Assembly (NCBI GenBank): GCA_004375695.1
Contig: SOKQ01000021.1
Coordinates: forward strand, 11,505 to 75,504
DNA: 64,000 nucleotides
Source of the DNA: Hadesarchaea archaeon
GTDB lineage: Archaea > Hadarchaeota > Hadarchaeia > Hadarchaeales > Hadarchaeaceae
Direction of reading: 5' to 3'
Below are positions 19,956 through 29,214 of this stretch, piece after piece. The position numbers were made by a program, and so were the translations under genes. Position 1 is the stretch's first letter. Each line of letters starts with the position of its first letter. A model generated the notes under the pieces. That model saw only the letters and a program-made list of their open reading frames with translations. It was not told the DNA's origin and ran no database searches.

Positions 19956-20621
19956 TTGTTGCGTTTAGCGCAGCATTTTTTCAAGCGAGGAATTAGATTG
20001 GAAAAATCAAAGCTTAAACATCTTGAGGGTACGACAACGGTTGGGCTCGCTTGCAGGGACGGAGTGGTGCTCGCTACGGACACCAGGGCCACGATGGGCT
20101 ACCTTGTGGCGAGCAAGCAAGCGCGGAAGGTGTTTAAGATAACCAACACCATCGGCGCCACCACTGCGGGAGGAGTCGCGGACACTCAGAGCTTGGTGAG
20201 CGCGCTCCAGGCCGAGGCCAGCTACTACCTGTTGCGGGAGGGGATCTCCATGAACGTGCGAGCAAGTGCCAGGCTCGCCGCCAACATCCTCCACGCGTAC
20301 GGTCTACTCCCTTACATCGCGAATCTGCTGATCGGGGGCTCCGATGCCTCCGGCTCTAAGTTGTTCTTCGTCGACATCGATGGCGCCCTGACCGAGGAAA
20401 CTATGGTGGCTACGGGCTCGGGTTCACCGGTCGCATATGGTGTGCTCGAAACCGAGTTTAAGGAGGGCATGAGTATCGAGGAAGCCTTGCCCATTGCGAT
20501 CAAGGCTGTACAAACGGCGATAAAGCGCGATATCGCCACGGGTAACGAAGTCATGGTTGCCGCAATAACAAGCAAGGGGTATCGCGAGCTTTCACCTGAA
20601 GAGATAAAAAAATTAGCTTAA
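19956..20621 (+). CDS. psmB: proteasome beta subunit
   Basis: Propeptide followed by the catalytic TTTVGL. An alternative TTG start at 19998 would give a shorter propeptide. Confidence 0.85.
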   Translation: MLRLAQHFFKRGIRLEKSKLKHLEGTTTVGLACRDGVVLATDTRATMGYLVASKQARKVFKITNTIGATTAGGVADTQSLVSALQAEASYYLLREGISMNVRASARLAANILHAYGLLPYIANLLIGGSDASGSKLFFVDIDGALTEETMVATGSGSPVAYGVLETEFKEGMSIEEALPIAIKAVQTAIKRDIATGNEVMVAAITSKGYRELSPEEIKKLA

Positions 20622-20646
20622 TCTGATCTACTTAAAAGGCGATGGC

Positions 20647-22554
20647 ATGGCTGCAGAAGGACTATTACAGGAAATCAAACGGATTGTGCGAGAGGAGACC
20701 CCTTTCTCCAGCGCAATCTCCGATATCGATTTCGAGGGCCCCCGGGTCGTGTTCTACTGCAAGGACCTTGACCTTCTAATGGAGAACGGCGAGGTGATAA
20801 AAGAGTTCGCACGTAAAATCCGGAAACGAATAATCCTCCGTCCAGCTCCCAATATCCTGACCGAGTCTGAGAAAGCCGAGAAGAAAATCCGACGCCTTGT
20901 TCCCGCCGAGGCTGGGATAACCAATATAATTTTCAGCCAGGATGTGGGGGAAGTTACTATCGAGGCGCAGAAGCCCGGAATAGCTATAGGTAAGGGAGGG
21001 GGCCTGCTCCGCGAGATAATGCAAAAAATCAGCTGGACGCCTCGGGTGGTTCGGGCGCCACCTATCGAATCGGACATCGTGCAGAACATCCGCCGCTCCA
21101 TAATCCAAGGAGGTACCAAGCGGCGCGACATCTTGCGGAAAATAGGCAGGCGGATCCACCGCGAGCCCAAGAGCAAGGGCGACTGGATTCGCTTCACGAC
21201 TCTAGGAGGGTCGCGCGAGGTCGGGCGCTCCTCATTTTTGCTCCAGACCCCCGAAAGCCGAGTCATGATTGACTGCGGTGTAAACGTCGCGTCCGAGAAT
21301 CGAGCTTTTCCCCACCTCGAGGTTCCGGAGGTAAGGTTACCCGAACTGGACGCTGTGATTCTCACCCATGCCCACCTTGATCATTGCGGGTTCGTTCCCT
21401 ATCTCTTCAAGTACGGGTTCGAAGGGCCCGTCTACTGTACTCCAGCCACACGCGACCTCGCCGTACTTCTTCAGCTGGACTACGTGGGCATCGCTGAGCG
21501 CGAGGATCGACCACTCCCTTACAACAAGCGCGACATCACCACCTTCCTTCGTCACTGCATTCCGCTCGATTACAGCGATGTCACCGATATTGCACCCGAT
21601 GTCCGGATCACCTTCCACAACGCGGGGCACATCTTAGGTTCTGCGATTGCACACATCCACATTGGTGAGGGGATCTACAACCTCGTGTACACGGGCGACC
21701 TGAAGTTCGACCGTACGCGCCTCTTATCTCCCGCCGTCTGCACGTTTCCCCGCTTGGAGACCCTCGTCATGGACAGCACATACGGAGGTTCTGAGGACAT
21801 CCAACCCTATCGCGCAGATGCCGAGAAGGAATTCATTCGAATCGTGACCGAGACCACGAAGCATGGGGGCAAGGTTATCGTGCCGGCATTCGCGGTCGGG
21901 CGCGCGCAGGAGATTATGGTTCTGCTCGAGGATTACAAGCGAAGGGGACTGCTCGATGGGACGCCTGTTTATCTAGACGGAATGATATGGGAAGCGACGG
22001 CAATCCACACGGCTTATCCAGAGTATCTATCCCCAGAGCTGCGCGAACGGATATTCCGAGCTGATGAGAACCCATTCCTCTCTGATCTCTTCGAGCGAGT
22101 GAAGGGTTCAGACCAACGCGCACAGGTAATCGACGGCGATCCAGCGATAATCGTATCGACGGCAGGGATGATGGCTGGTGGGCCCGTGCTCGAATACTTC
22201 AAAAATCTCGCGCCAGATCCGCGTAACACCCTCGTCTTCGTCGGGTACCAGTGTGAGGGGTCCCTTGGGCGACGCATCCAGAAGGGATGGCGTGAGATCC
22301 CCCTACGTAGTGATAAGGGGAGGGTAGAGGAGGTGAAGGTAAACATGGAAGTTCGAACGGTCGAAGGATTCAGCGGGCACTCGGATCGGGCACAGCTGTT
22401 GAATTACGTGCGGAGGGTCTCACCCAAACCGCAGCGCGTCATATGCATCCATGGTGATGAAAACAAGTGTATCGACTTGGCAAGCGCGCTGCACAAACTT
22501 TTCAGGGTCGAGACGAAGGCGCCCCGGAGCTTGGAGACCATCAGGCTCCACTAG
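20647..22554 (+). CDS. archaeal beta-CASP ribonuclease aCPSF1/FttA (KH + metallo-beta-lactamase + beta-CASP)
   Basis: N-terminal KH (IGKGGG), HAHLDHCG metallo-beta-lactamase motif, 635 aa. Sits immediately downstream of psmB as in many archaea. Confidence 0.85.
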   Translation: MAAEGLLQEIKRIVREETPFSSAISDIDFEGPRVVFYCKDLDLLMENGEVIKEFARKIRKRIILRPAPNILTESEKAEKKIRRLVPAEAGITNIIFSQDVGEVTIEAQKPGIAIGKGGGLLREIMQKISWTPRVVRAPPIESDIVQNIRRSIIQGGTKRRDILRKIGRRIHREPKSKGDWIRFTTLGGSREVGRSSFLLQTPESRVMIDCGVNVASENRAFPHLEVPEVRLPELDAVILTHAHLDHCGFVPYLFKYGFEGPVYCTPATRDLAVLLQLDYVGIAEREDRPLPYNKRDITTFLRHCIPLDYSDVTDIAPDVRITFHNAGHILGSAIAHIHIGEGIYNLVYTGDLKFDRTRLLSPAVCTFPRLETLVMDSTYGGSEDIQPYRADAEKEFIRIVTETTKHGGKVIVPAFAVGRAQEIMVLLEDYKRRGLLDGTPVYLDGMIWEATAIHTAYPEYLSPELRERIFRADENPFLSDLFERVKGSDQRAQVIDGDPAIIVSTAGMMAGGPVLEYFKNLAPDPRNTLVFVGYQCEGSLGRRIQKGWREIPLRSDKGRVEEVKVNMEVRTVEGFSGHSDRAQLLNYVRRVSPKPQRVICIHGDENKCIDLASALHKLFRVETKAPRSLETIRLH

Positions 22555-23120
22555 CGTGGTGGATCTCCCCTGAGCAATGCTAATTCCCGCTTGGTCAACT
22601 CGCGTTTCTTGGCCCGTCTGTTCACAATTGTGCTATGCCCGAATGGGTCCATGAAAATCAGCCTAGCCTTCCGTTTCCCGGCGCGTATTTCATCAAGCTT
22701 TTTCAGCTTCGCCTGACCTCGCCGGCGCTTGGTGGCATCATTTTTTTTAATCGCCAGCTTTATCGCTCCCTCTACACGGTTGAGCACTCCCTCGACGTTC
22801 GACACGTAGCCCTCGCTCGCTGGCCCTGGCTCTACAGTCACCCCGAGTTCTGGAAGCTTGATCGTTCCCGTGCTCGACTTCACGACTCTAACCTTGAGGT
22901 CTTCTTCGGATGTGATCTGAAACTCGTAGCGTAGCGGGGGGCGCTCGCCTAAACACATGACATCCGCATGCCTGAATTTGCAGCTGGTGCAGCTTGCGAA
23001 GGTTTCCATTATCTCTCCAAAATATGGGATGTGGTCGATTCTACCCTTGACGCGAAAAGTGTCCTTGGCCCCACAGATGGGACAACGCTCGATAGGGAGC
23101 AGGAACTCCCTCTTCCGCAT
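22551..23120 (-). CDS. ZPR1-type zinc finger protein
   Basis: CPICG...(about 20 aa)...CTSC module. Start chosen at internal ATG 23120. Confidence 0.55.
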   Translation of the reverse strand: MRKREFLLPIERCPICGAKDTFRVKGRIDHIPYFGEIMETFASCTSCKFRHADVMCLGERPPLRYEFQITSEEDLKVRVVKSSTGTIKLPELGVTVEPGPASEGYVSNVEGVLNRVEGAIKLAIKKNDATKRRRGQAKLKKLDEIRAGKRKARLIFMDPFGHSTIVNRRAKKRELTKRELALLRGDPPR

Positions 23121-23134
23121 AAATTCACCAAAAA

Positions 23135-23509
23135 TTATGCGATGGCTCGTTTGAACTGGATGTTGACGAACCTCGGGGTAGCTAACACTTTTGACTCCGT
23201 CAGGCGTCCCACGTCCCCACCGATAGCTTGGCAAATCCCTTTTAGCTGGTCGATCGCCCGCTTGAGTTCGGCGGGGTCTTGGTTCATAAGCATGCTGATG
23301 TCGAGGATCATGATGTTCCCGGCTCGAAGTTCATCTGATACTTCTTGGACATCGACAAGGCTATGAAGCTCCATGCTCTTGATGTAGATGGGCTCAAGCG
23401 CGCTGACGCCCTTCGGTCTGCTAACAGACTTTTCCTCGATTTCCATTATCGGTACTTCTTCGACCGTTTCAGGCTTTACCTTTGGTTTTCCCCCGAGCAA
23501 TCGTTTCAA
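23135..23509 (-). CDS. sepF: cell division protein SepF homolog (DUF552)
   Basis: 124 aa. LRAGNIMILDIS...AIGGDVGRL...VLATP matches the SepF core. Confidence 0.65.
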   Translation of the reverse strand: MKRLLGGKPKVKPETVEEVPIMEIEEKSVSRPKGVSALEPIYIKSMELHSLVDVQEVSDELRAGNIMILDISMLMNQDPAELKRAIDQLKGICQAIGGDVGRLTESKVLATPRFVNIQFKRAIA

Positions 23510-23557
23510 GGATTTCAGGCAATCACCCTAACAAATGGTCGGTGGCTTTCAATCTAT

Positions 23558-24043
23558 TTAACTCTTTGCTTGAAACTGCCACATTTCATCGCCGACGTAG
23601 TGGAAGTTCTTGATTACTTTCCCCTTCGGGCCTCGCATCTCAACTCCGGGCACAAGAGCTTGTCCAATCGCGATGGGCTTACCGTGTCGTTCATCCACAA
23701 TTACCACACTCTCCCCCAGCGTGATTTCCTCGTCGGCTGAAATTACACCCGGGGCCATAATGTCGGCTCCGTTGACGACGTGAGGAACCGCCCCCATGTC
23801 AATGGCTACACGCTTTAGTGGAATTCGATCAAGTGATTTCAGCGTCGGAAAAATCTCATCACTCAACCTGAACAAGAGTGCTTTACCGTCAACCAAGATG
23901 ATTTCCCTGCTCTCGCCCAGCTCTATCACTTCAATCGCCCCTTTTAAAAGTTCGGCCGTGTTTTCGCCAAACTTTTTGACGACTTCCTGTGTAAGCTGCT
24001 TAAGCAAGGCTTTTCTCACGTGATAACGACGCTTTATAGGCAT
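23558..24043 (-). CDS. PUA-domain RNA-binding protein (MCT-1/Tma20- or Nip7-like)
   Basis: C-terminal PUA-like segment ([11 protein letters not shown]...[15 protein letters not shown]). Start set at ATG 24043. Confidence 0.5.
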   Translation of the reverse strand: MPIKRRYHVRKALLKQLTQEVVKKFGENTAELLKGAIEVIELGESREIILVDGKALLFRLSDEIFPTLKSLDRIPLKRVAIDMGAVPHVVNGADIMAPGVISADEEITLGESVVIVDERHGKPIAIGQALVPGVEMRGPKGKVIKNFHYVGDEMWQFQAKS

Positions 24044-24067
24044 CAAACAAAAGTGGTTCGATAAGGT

Positions 24068-24077
24068 TAAATATACA
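24068..24077 (+). promoter_or_regulatory. TATA-like box (ttaaatatac) upstream of Sm/L37e operon
   Basis: About 30 nt upstream of ATG 24102. Confidence 0.35.
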
Positions 24078-24101
24078 GCTAGCGAGGAGTTGATGATTTT
24101 C

Positions 24102-24326
24102 ATGGCGCAGCGACCTCTCGATGTGCTCAACCGCGCCCTAGGGTCGTCAGTGTTGGTTGGACTCAAGGGCGGCCGGGAGTTTAGGGGAAAGCTAAGCGGT
24201 TTCGACATGCACATAAATCTAGTGCTTGAGGAGACCGAGGAAATCCAGGGCGGCGAAGCAGCGAAGCGCTACGGGATGATGGTAATCCGAGGGGACAGCG
24301 TAGTATTCATCTCGCCTGCTGAGTGA
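24102..24326 (+). CDS. Sm-like archaeal protein (SmAP/LSm)
   Basis: Sm1/Sm2 motifs: [28 protein letters not shown]...IRGDSV. Confidence 0.8.
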   Translation: MAQRPLDVLNRALGSSVLVGLKGGREFRGKLSGFDMHINLVLEETEEIQGGEAAKRYGMMVIRGDSVVFISPAE

Positions 24327-24331
24327 GTGGA

Positions 24332-24517
24332 ATGGTCAAGGGCACTCCATCAATGGGCAGGCGCCACAAGGTGGTGCACATCCGTTGCCGACGTTGTGGG
24401 AGACGAGCTTACCATGCCCAGCGTGGGGTTTGCGCGGCCTGTGGTTACGGGCGTTCGCGTCGCATCAAGCGGTACAATTGGAAAGTGAAAACCATCCAAG
24501 GGTTGCGGCTCCGGTAG
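24332..24517 (+). CDS. rpl37e: 50S ribosomal protein L37e
   Basis: [11 protein letters not shown]...[10 protein letters not shown]...CAACG zinc ribbon. The Sm-L37e pairing is conserved. Confidence 0.85.
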   Translation: MVKGTPSMGRRHKVVHIRCRRCGRRAYHAQRGVCAACGYGRSRRIKRYNWKVKTIQGLRLR

Positions 24518-24766
24518 CCGTTATTTACTAGCGTGGACATGGGGGCTTTTTCGAATAAGCAACTAGTTAACTTAGGCTTTTCACCCTTGTCCTATTTGAG
24601 AAACGTTATTGGGTTTCAGCTGAGTTGTCCTATTTAGGGCACATGCCCGCTTAAATTGACAATACCCTTGGCAACCAGATGGCTAAATGAAGTTTTTCTC
24701 GGGTGGCATGTCTAACTTTAGACAATCACAAAATTTCTTAAGCTCGCGTGACAACCTTTTCTCGGT

Positions 24767-24896
24767 GGGCCGGTGGATCAGCCTGGAAATGAAGGGGAAA
24801 CATTTCCTCGTCAACAGAATGATCGTCCGCTTGGCAAATTGTAGAATCCATCCAAATTGCGGGAGGTCGCGGGTTCAAATCCCGCCCGGTCCACCA
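24767..24896 (+). tRNA. tRNA-Ala(GGC) with two introns (D-loop and canonical 37/38), CCA encoded
   Basis: Acceptor GGGCCGG/CCGGTCC with G3:U70. Anticodon arm TCCGC-TTGGCA|21-nt intron|T-GCGGG. T-arm GCGGG-TTCAAAT-CCCGC. The D-stem halves (GATC) are separated by about 31 extra nt. Confidence 0.7.
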
Positions 24897-24944
24897 CTTT
24901 TGAACTGTAGAGGATTTATACCAACTCAACTCAAATTCATTTTG

Positions 24945-25049
24945 GGGCCCGTGGTCTAGTGGTTATGAGGGAGTTGGCGTAGCCGCGCCCTAACAAACGT
25001 CGCCTTGACATGGCGAAGTTCCCGAGTTCGAATCTCGGCGGGCCCACCA
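24945..25049 (+). tRNA. tRNA-Val(GAC) with about 29-nt intron at non-canonical position (about 24/25 in D-stem), CCA encoded
   Basis: Acceptor GGGCCCG/CGGGCCC, discriminator A. Anticodon arm TCGCC-TTGACAT-GGCGA. T-arm CCGAG-TTCGAAT-CTCGG. An insert at 24969..24997 interrupts the D-stem. Confidence 0.65.
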
Positions 25050-25051
25050 CC

Positions 25052-25057
25052 TTTTTT
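25052..25057 (+). terminator. oligo-T (T6) tract after tRNA-Val
   Basis: Archaeal-type oligo-T terminator directly after the tRNA 3' end. Confidence 0.3.
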
Positions 25058-25080
25058 GCTGGTAGCGCAAGTTGTTCGTG

Positions 25081-25872
25081 ATGAAGCTCGTCCTCGCCTC
25101 TGCCCAAGACCCAGCCGCCAAAAATATCGCCATGCGGCTGCTGAAGGATTACGACTTTAAGAAATCACCGAGCCTGACGAACGCATATGTGTATGGAAAT
25201 GTTACACTAATGACAATCGCGGGTGAAGTAACCCGAATCACCGAGCTACCCATAGATGCGGAAGAAGTCATCGTTGCCTCCCGACATGCAAGCGAGTCAG
25301 GTGTCCCCACGCTTACCGTGCATGTGCCGGGCGAGGTTATGAAGATGGGACTCGCAGAAGCCTCCCCGTCAACGGTAAAAACCGCTCTCAGAACTCTTGT
25401 GGAGATGCGCGACAAGCTCGGGCTGACTTACGATGTCTCCCTTGAGGCCACCCATCATGGTCCAACGCGGCTCGATGTCCCGGTGACGTTCGTGGAAATC
25501 GGCAGCTCCCCCGAGCAGTGGCACGACAAAAAAGCCGGGGAAGCTGTTGCCCGAGCGATTATGGCCGCAGCGACCTTACCGATGAAGTGCCGCCATGCTA
25601 TAGGTCTCGGAGGACCCCACTACGCCCCCCGCCACACCAATGTGGTCCTGTCAACCGACGTTGGAGTGGGACACATCTTCCCAAAGTACGCGAGCATCGA
25701 TGAAACGTTGATTGAGCGAGCGTTCGTTCGTACCCGAGGAGGCGTAGAACTGCTGGCACTTGACTGGAAGGGCATGAGCGGTGAACAACGTCAGGTTTCC
25801 CAGCGGGTCGCCGACAGGCTGGGCATTCAAGCGATACGTACGCGGGAAATCCTCAGTGGGGCAAAGGTTTAA
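25081..25872 (+). CDS. dtdA: D-aminoacyl-tRNA deacylase, archaeal type (DtdA/DTD2)
   Basis: LEATHHGPT...FVEIGSS matches the archaeal DTD2 signature EATHHGP...IEIGSS. Confidence 0.7.
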   Translation: MKLVLASAQDPAAKNIAMRLLKDYDFKKSPSLTNAYVYGNVTLMTIAGEVTRITELPIDAEEVIVASRHASESGVPTLTVHVPGEVMKMGLAEASPSTVKTALRTLVEMRDKLGLTYDVSLEATHHGPTRLDVPVTFVEIGSSPEQWHDKKAGEAVARAIMAAATLPMKCRHAIGLGGPHYAPRHTNVVLSTDVGVGHIFPKYASIDETLIERAFVRTRGGVELLALDWKGMSGEQRQVSQRVADRLGIQAIRTREILSGAKV

Positions 25873-25919
25873 ATTAACTCGGGAGAAATTTGCCAACGTG
25901 GATGATAAGAGGGATTTGA

Positions 25920-27056
25920 TTGCAGAAGACTGAATCGGCTGTGTTCTCTCCCGAGACGGGGTTTGAACTTACGAAGCCGGGAATTTCAACCGCTAGAGCT
26001 AAGGTGTCTAAGGCAGTCCCTACGGTTACTAACGAGGAGCTCGAACGGGCTTTGCAGGAGGCGCGAGCCCGAATTGCCGTCGTCGGCTGCGGCGGCGCGG
26101 GCTGTAACACTCTCTCCCGCATGATGGGAGTTGGCATCGAAGGCGTCGACACAATAGCTCTCAACACCGATGCTCAAGACTTGCTCTACACGGCCGCCGA
26201 TCGAAAAATCCTCATAGGGCGCGAAATAACGAGTGGCCTCGGAGCCGGCAATGATCCGGCGAAGGGAGAGGCTGCCGCGAGGGAGGACGAAGCGATTGTG
26301 AAGGACCACATCTACGGTGTCGACATGGTCTTCGTGACATGCGGCTTAGGCGGGGGGACTGGAACCGGTGCGGTACCTGTCGTGGGCGAGATTGCGAAAA
26401 AACTCGGGGCGTTAACTATCGGCGTTGTGACCTTACCCTTCTCCGTCGAGGGGACGCGCCGGAGGTTGAATGCCGAGCAGGGGCTCGTGCGCCTTCGAGA
26501 GGTAGTAGACACAGTGGTCGTGATTCCTAACGACAAGTTGCTCCAGCTTGCGCCAGACATTCCCATTGGGGCGGCATTTAAGGTAGCCGATCAACTTCTG
26601 ATGGATGCAATCAAAGGAATAACGGAGATGATTACGAAGCCCGGGCTCATCAACCTCGACTTTGCTGATGTGCGCACGGTGCTACAGGGCGGCGGGGTGG
26701 CGATGCTGGGTATAGGCGAATCCGACACCGACAACCGCGCCAAGGAGGCTGTCGAGGAAGCACTGAACAGCCCGCTTCTAGATGTCGACATCACCGGGGC
26801 AAAAGGAGTGCTCGTGAACGTGATCGGGAGCCCGGACATGACGCTCGAGGAGGCAGAGCGAATCATCTCTCACATTTCCGAGTCTCTTGACCCAGAAGCC
26901 CAAGTCATCTGGGGCGCACAGATCTCCGAGGACATGAAGAACGCGGTGCGGGTCATGGTCGTGCTCTCTGGAGTCCACTCACCCTACGCGCTTGGTCCAG
27001 GTGAGCAGCTCCCACGAGAGGGTGAGCCCGTCGACCTAGGACTGGAGTCCTTGTAG
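25920..27056 (+). CDS. ftsZ: cell division GTPase FtsZ
   Basis: GCGGAG nucleotide-binding start, tubulin signature GLGGGTGTG, T7 loop region. Confidence 0.9.
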   Translation: MQKTESAVFSPETGFELTKPGISTARAKVSKAVPTVTNEELERALQEARARIAVVGCGGAGCNTLSRMMGVGIEGVDTIALNTDAQDLLYTAADRKILIGREITSGLGAGNDPAKGEAAAREDEAIVKDHIYGVDMVFVTCGLGGGTGTGAVPVVGEIAKKLGALTIGVVTLPFSVEGTRRRLNAEQGLVRLREVVDTVVVIPNDKLLQLAPDIPIGAAFKVADQLLMDAIKGITEMITKPGLINLDFADVRTVLQGGGVAMLGIGESDTDNRAKEAVEEALNSPLLDVDITGAKGVLVNVIGSPDMTLEEAERIISHISESLDPEAQVIWGAQISEDMKNAVRVMVVLSGVHSPYALGPGEQLPREGEPVDLGLESL

Positions 27057-27230
27057 ATGCGAAAGTTCCTCTCTAACTGTAAACGCGTGTTGCGGATAGC
27101 GCGAAAGCCAGACAGAAGCGAATACTTGCAAGTAGCGAAAATCACCGGGATTGGAATCATGCTCATAGGTTTCATAGGGTTCTTGATAATGCTCGTCGGA
27201 GTTTTTTTCGGTGCGACACCAGCCACGTAA
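27057..27230 (+). CDS. secE: protein translocase subunit SecE/Sec61-gamma (57 aa, below ORF-track cutoff)
   Basis: Hand translation gives MRKFLSNCKRVLRIARKPDRSEYLQVAKITGIGIMLIGFIGFLIMLVGVFF..., a single C-terminal TM helix. The ftsZ-secE-spt5-rpl11 order is conserved. Confidence 0.65.
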   Translation: MRKFLSNCKRVLRIARKPDRSEYLQVAKITGIGIMLIGFIGFLIMLVGVFFGATPAT

Positions 27231-27239
27231 GGTGATTAA

Positions 27240-27719
27240 ATGGAGAAAATCCAGAAGTCAGCCATATTCGCAATCCGCTCAACCATAGGTCAGGAGAAGA
27301 ACACAGCGGATATGATTGTGACGCGTGCGAAAAATTTCAACTTACCAATTAAGACCGTGCTCTCGCCTCCAGGAATAAGAGGCTATGTGTTTGTCGAGGC
27401 CACCGGCAAATCTGTTGTAGAGCAGGTGCGGGGCGGAATCAAGCATGCGAAGGGCGTCATCCCGGGCGAAATCCCTATGAGCGAGATTGAGCGCTTCCTC
27501 GTGCCGAAGCCGGTCGTCGTAGGCATGGAGATCGGGGACATCGTCGAGCACACCTCAGGCCCCTTCCGAGGGGAGCGAGCGCGAATAATTCGGATTGATG
27601 AGGGGAAGGAAGAGATAACCGTCGAGCTCTTCGAGGCAACCGTTCCCATTCCGGTCACGGTTCGAGGTGATTTTGTGAAGGTGATTCAAAAAAAGGAGAA
27701 AGAGGAGGAAGCTAAATGA
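27240..27719 (+). CDS. spt5: transcription elongation factor Spt5 (NusG homolog)
   Basis: NGN domain N-terminus and a C-terminal KOW (GDIVEHTSGPFRGERARI). Confidence 0.85.
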   Translation: MEKIQKSAIFAIRSTIGQEKNTADMIVTRAKNFNLPIKTVLSPPGIRGYVFVEATGKSVVEQVRGGIKHAKGVIPGEIPMSEIERFLVPKPVVVGMEIGDIVEHTSGPFRGERARIIRIDEGKEEITVELFEATVPIPVTVRGDFVKVIQKKEKEEEAK

Positions 27720-28006
27720 AGGCAAGCGATGTAAAGCCTGGAATGCGAAGCATAGACCTAGATCTGAAAATCGTCGAAATCGAAGATTCGCGCCCGTACG
27801 TCAGCCGGGCTGGACGAGAGGGCAAGGTGACCACCGCGATCGGGGAGGACGACTCTGGGCGAATCAAAATCTCGCTCTGGGACAAAGATATCGATCGTGT
27901 CAAGGTCGGCTGTACGGTTCGGATCCGCAACGGATATTCGAGGCTCTTCCGCGATGAAGTCCATGTCAGCTCGGGCATGTACGGAAAACTTGAAGTCGCC
28001 GAATAG
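27716..28006 (+). CDS. single-OB-fold SSB-like protein (crenarchaeal SSB type, no acidic tail)
   Basis: VKPGMRSIDLDLKIVEI...GKVTTAIGEDDSGRIKISLWDK...RIRNGY parallels Sulfolobus SSB (LKPNMESVNVTVRVLE...ISEAIVGDETGRVKLTLWGK...KIENV). Confidence 0.5.
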   Translation: MKASDVKPGMRSIDLDLKIVEIEDSRPYVSRAGREGKVTTAIGEDDSGRIKISLWDKDIDRVKVGCTVRIRNGYSRLFRDEVHVSSGMYGKLEVAE

Positions 28007-28087
28007 TCAGCTGCACCACAGCTTTTTTTACCGCGTGGAGCCTACTTTTGAGGGAATCACGCCTATCGTTTAGGTGAGGCGATTGCG

Positions 28088-28564
28088 ATGAAATCGAGAG
28101 TCAAGGTGTTAGTCGAAGGCGGGAAAGTCAGTCCCGGTCCACCGCTAGGTCCAGCCCTAGGTCCGCTCGGCATCAACATCGGGCAGGTGGTAGCGAAGAT
28201 AAATGAGAAGACATCAACTTTCGAGGGTATGAAGGTCCCCGTGAGCGTAATCGTAGACAAGAAGACAAAGCAATTTGAGATCGAAGTCGGCTCACCACCT
28301 ATCGCTGCACTGATTAAAAAGAAATTAGGCCTAGAGAAGGGGGCGAAAACTTCTGGCACGGAAGTCGTCGGAAATCTCGCCCTCACTCAAGCGGTCGAAA
28401 TCGCGAAGCTGAAACTCGAAGGCACGCTGGCCAAGGGGCTGAAAGCTGCAGTCAAGGAGGTTCTCGGGACGTGTGTGAGTGCTGGTGTGACAGTGGAGGG
28501 TAAAGATGCTCGCGAAGTACAACGTGAGGTGGACGAAGGAAAATACGACGAGGTGTTGAAATAA
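28088..28564 (+). CDS. rpl11: 50S ribosomal protein L11
   Basis: [13 protein letters not shown] signature. Confidence 0.9.
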   Translation: MKSRVKVLVEGGKVSPGPPLGPALGPLGINIGQVVAKINEKTSTFEGMKVPVSVIVDKKTKQFEIEVGSPPIAALIKKKLGLEKGAKTSGTEVVGNLALTQAVEIAKLKLEGTLAKGLKAAVKEVLGTCVSAGVTVEGKDAREVQREVDEGKYDEVLK

Positions 28565-29211
28565 TGCCAGTTTTAAGTGAAAACTTGCTCAAGGCAATCA
28601 AGCTTATGCGGGAAAACAGCCATCAGCGAAAATTTGTGCAGGGTGTCGACCTATCGATCAACCTGAGGGACATCGACCCTAAGAAGCCAGAGGGGCGCAT
28701 CGACCTAGACATCGCGCTCCCCTACGAAGTCGGCAAGCCGTACAAGGTCGGCGTCTTCGGGGAGGGGGAGTTCGCACGTCAGGCGCGGGATGCCGGTGCA
28801 GATATTGTGTTTGGACGGGCGGACATCGAAACTCTCAAGCGGGAGCGAAAGCGGGCAAAGAAGTTAGCCGATGAATTTCAATTTTTCCTAGCTCAAGCCG
28901 ATTTTATGGTCATGATAGGAAAAGCGCTCGGACCTGTGTTGGGCCCGAGGGGAAAAATGCCTAAACCGGTCCCACCCACGGTCAACCAGAAGCCACTCAT
29001 TGAGCGTCTCAAGAAAACCCTAAAGGTGCGAACGAGGGACCAACCAACCCTGCGTGCTCACATCGGTGTTGAAAACATGCGCGATGAGGAGCTCGCGGAG
29101 AATGCGCGGGCGGTACTCGATGCGGTCGAACACAGGTTGGAGGGTCTCAGCAAGGTGCGCTCAATCCACCTCAAGACAACGATGGGGAAACCGGTCAAAG
29201 TTGAGGTGTGA
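28564..29211 (+). CDS. rpl1: 50S ribosomal protein L1
   Basis: L1 fold pattern. Operon position between L11 and P0. Confidence 0.9.
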   Translation: MPVLSENLLKAIKLMRENSHQRKFVQGVDLSINLRDIDPKKPEGRIDLDIALPYEVGKPYKVGVFGEGEFARQARDAGADIVFGRADIETLKRERKRAKKLADEFQFFLAQADFMVMIGKALGPVLGPRGKMPKPVPPTVNQKPLIERLKKTLKVRTRDQPTLRAHIGVENMRDEELAENARAVLDAVEHRLEGLSKVRSIHLKTTMGKPVKVEV

Positions 29212-29214
29212 TGA

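Noticed and set aside
24687-24959. ORFs 24687..24959 (+) and 24738..24929 (-) across the tRNA-Ala/tRNA-Val region
   Set aside because: They cover sequence that folds into two tRNAs with complete acceptor, T and anticodon arms. The coding interpretation is discarded.
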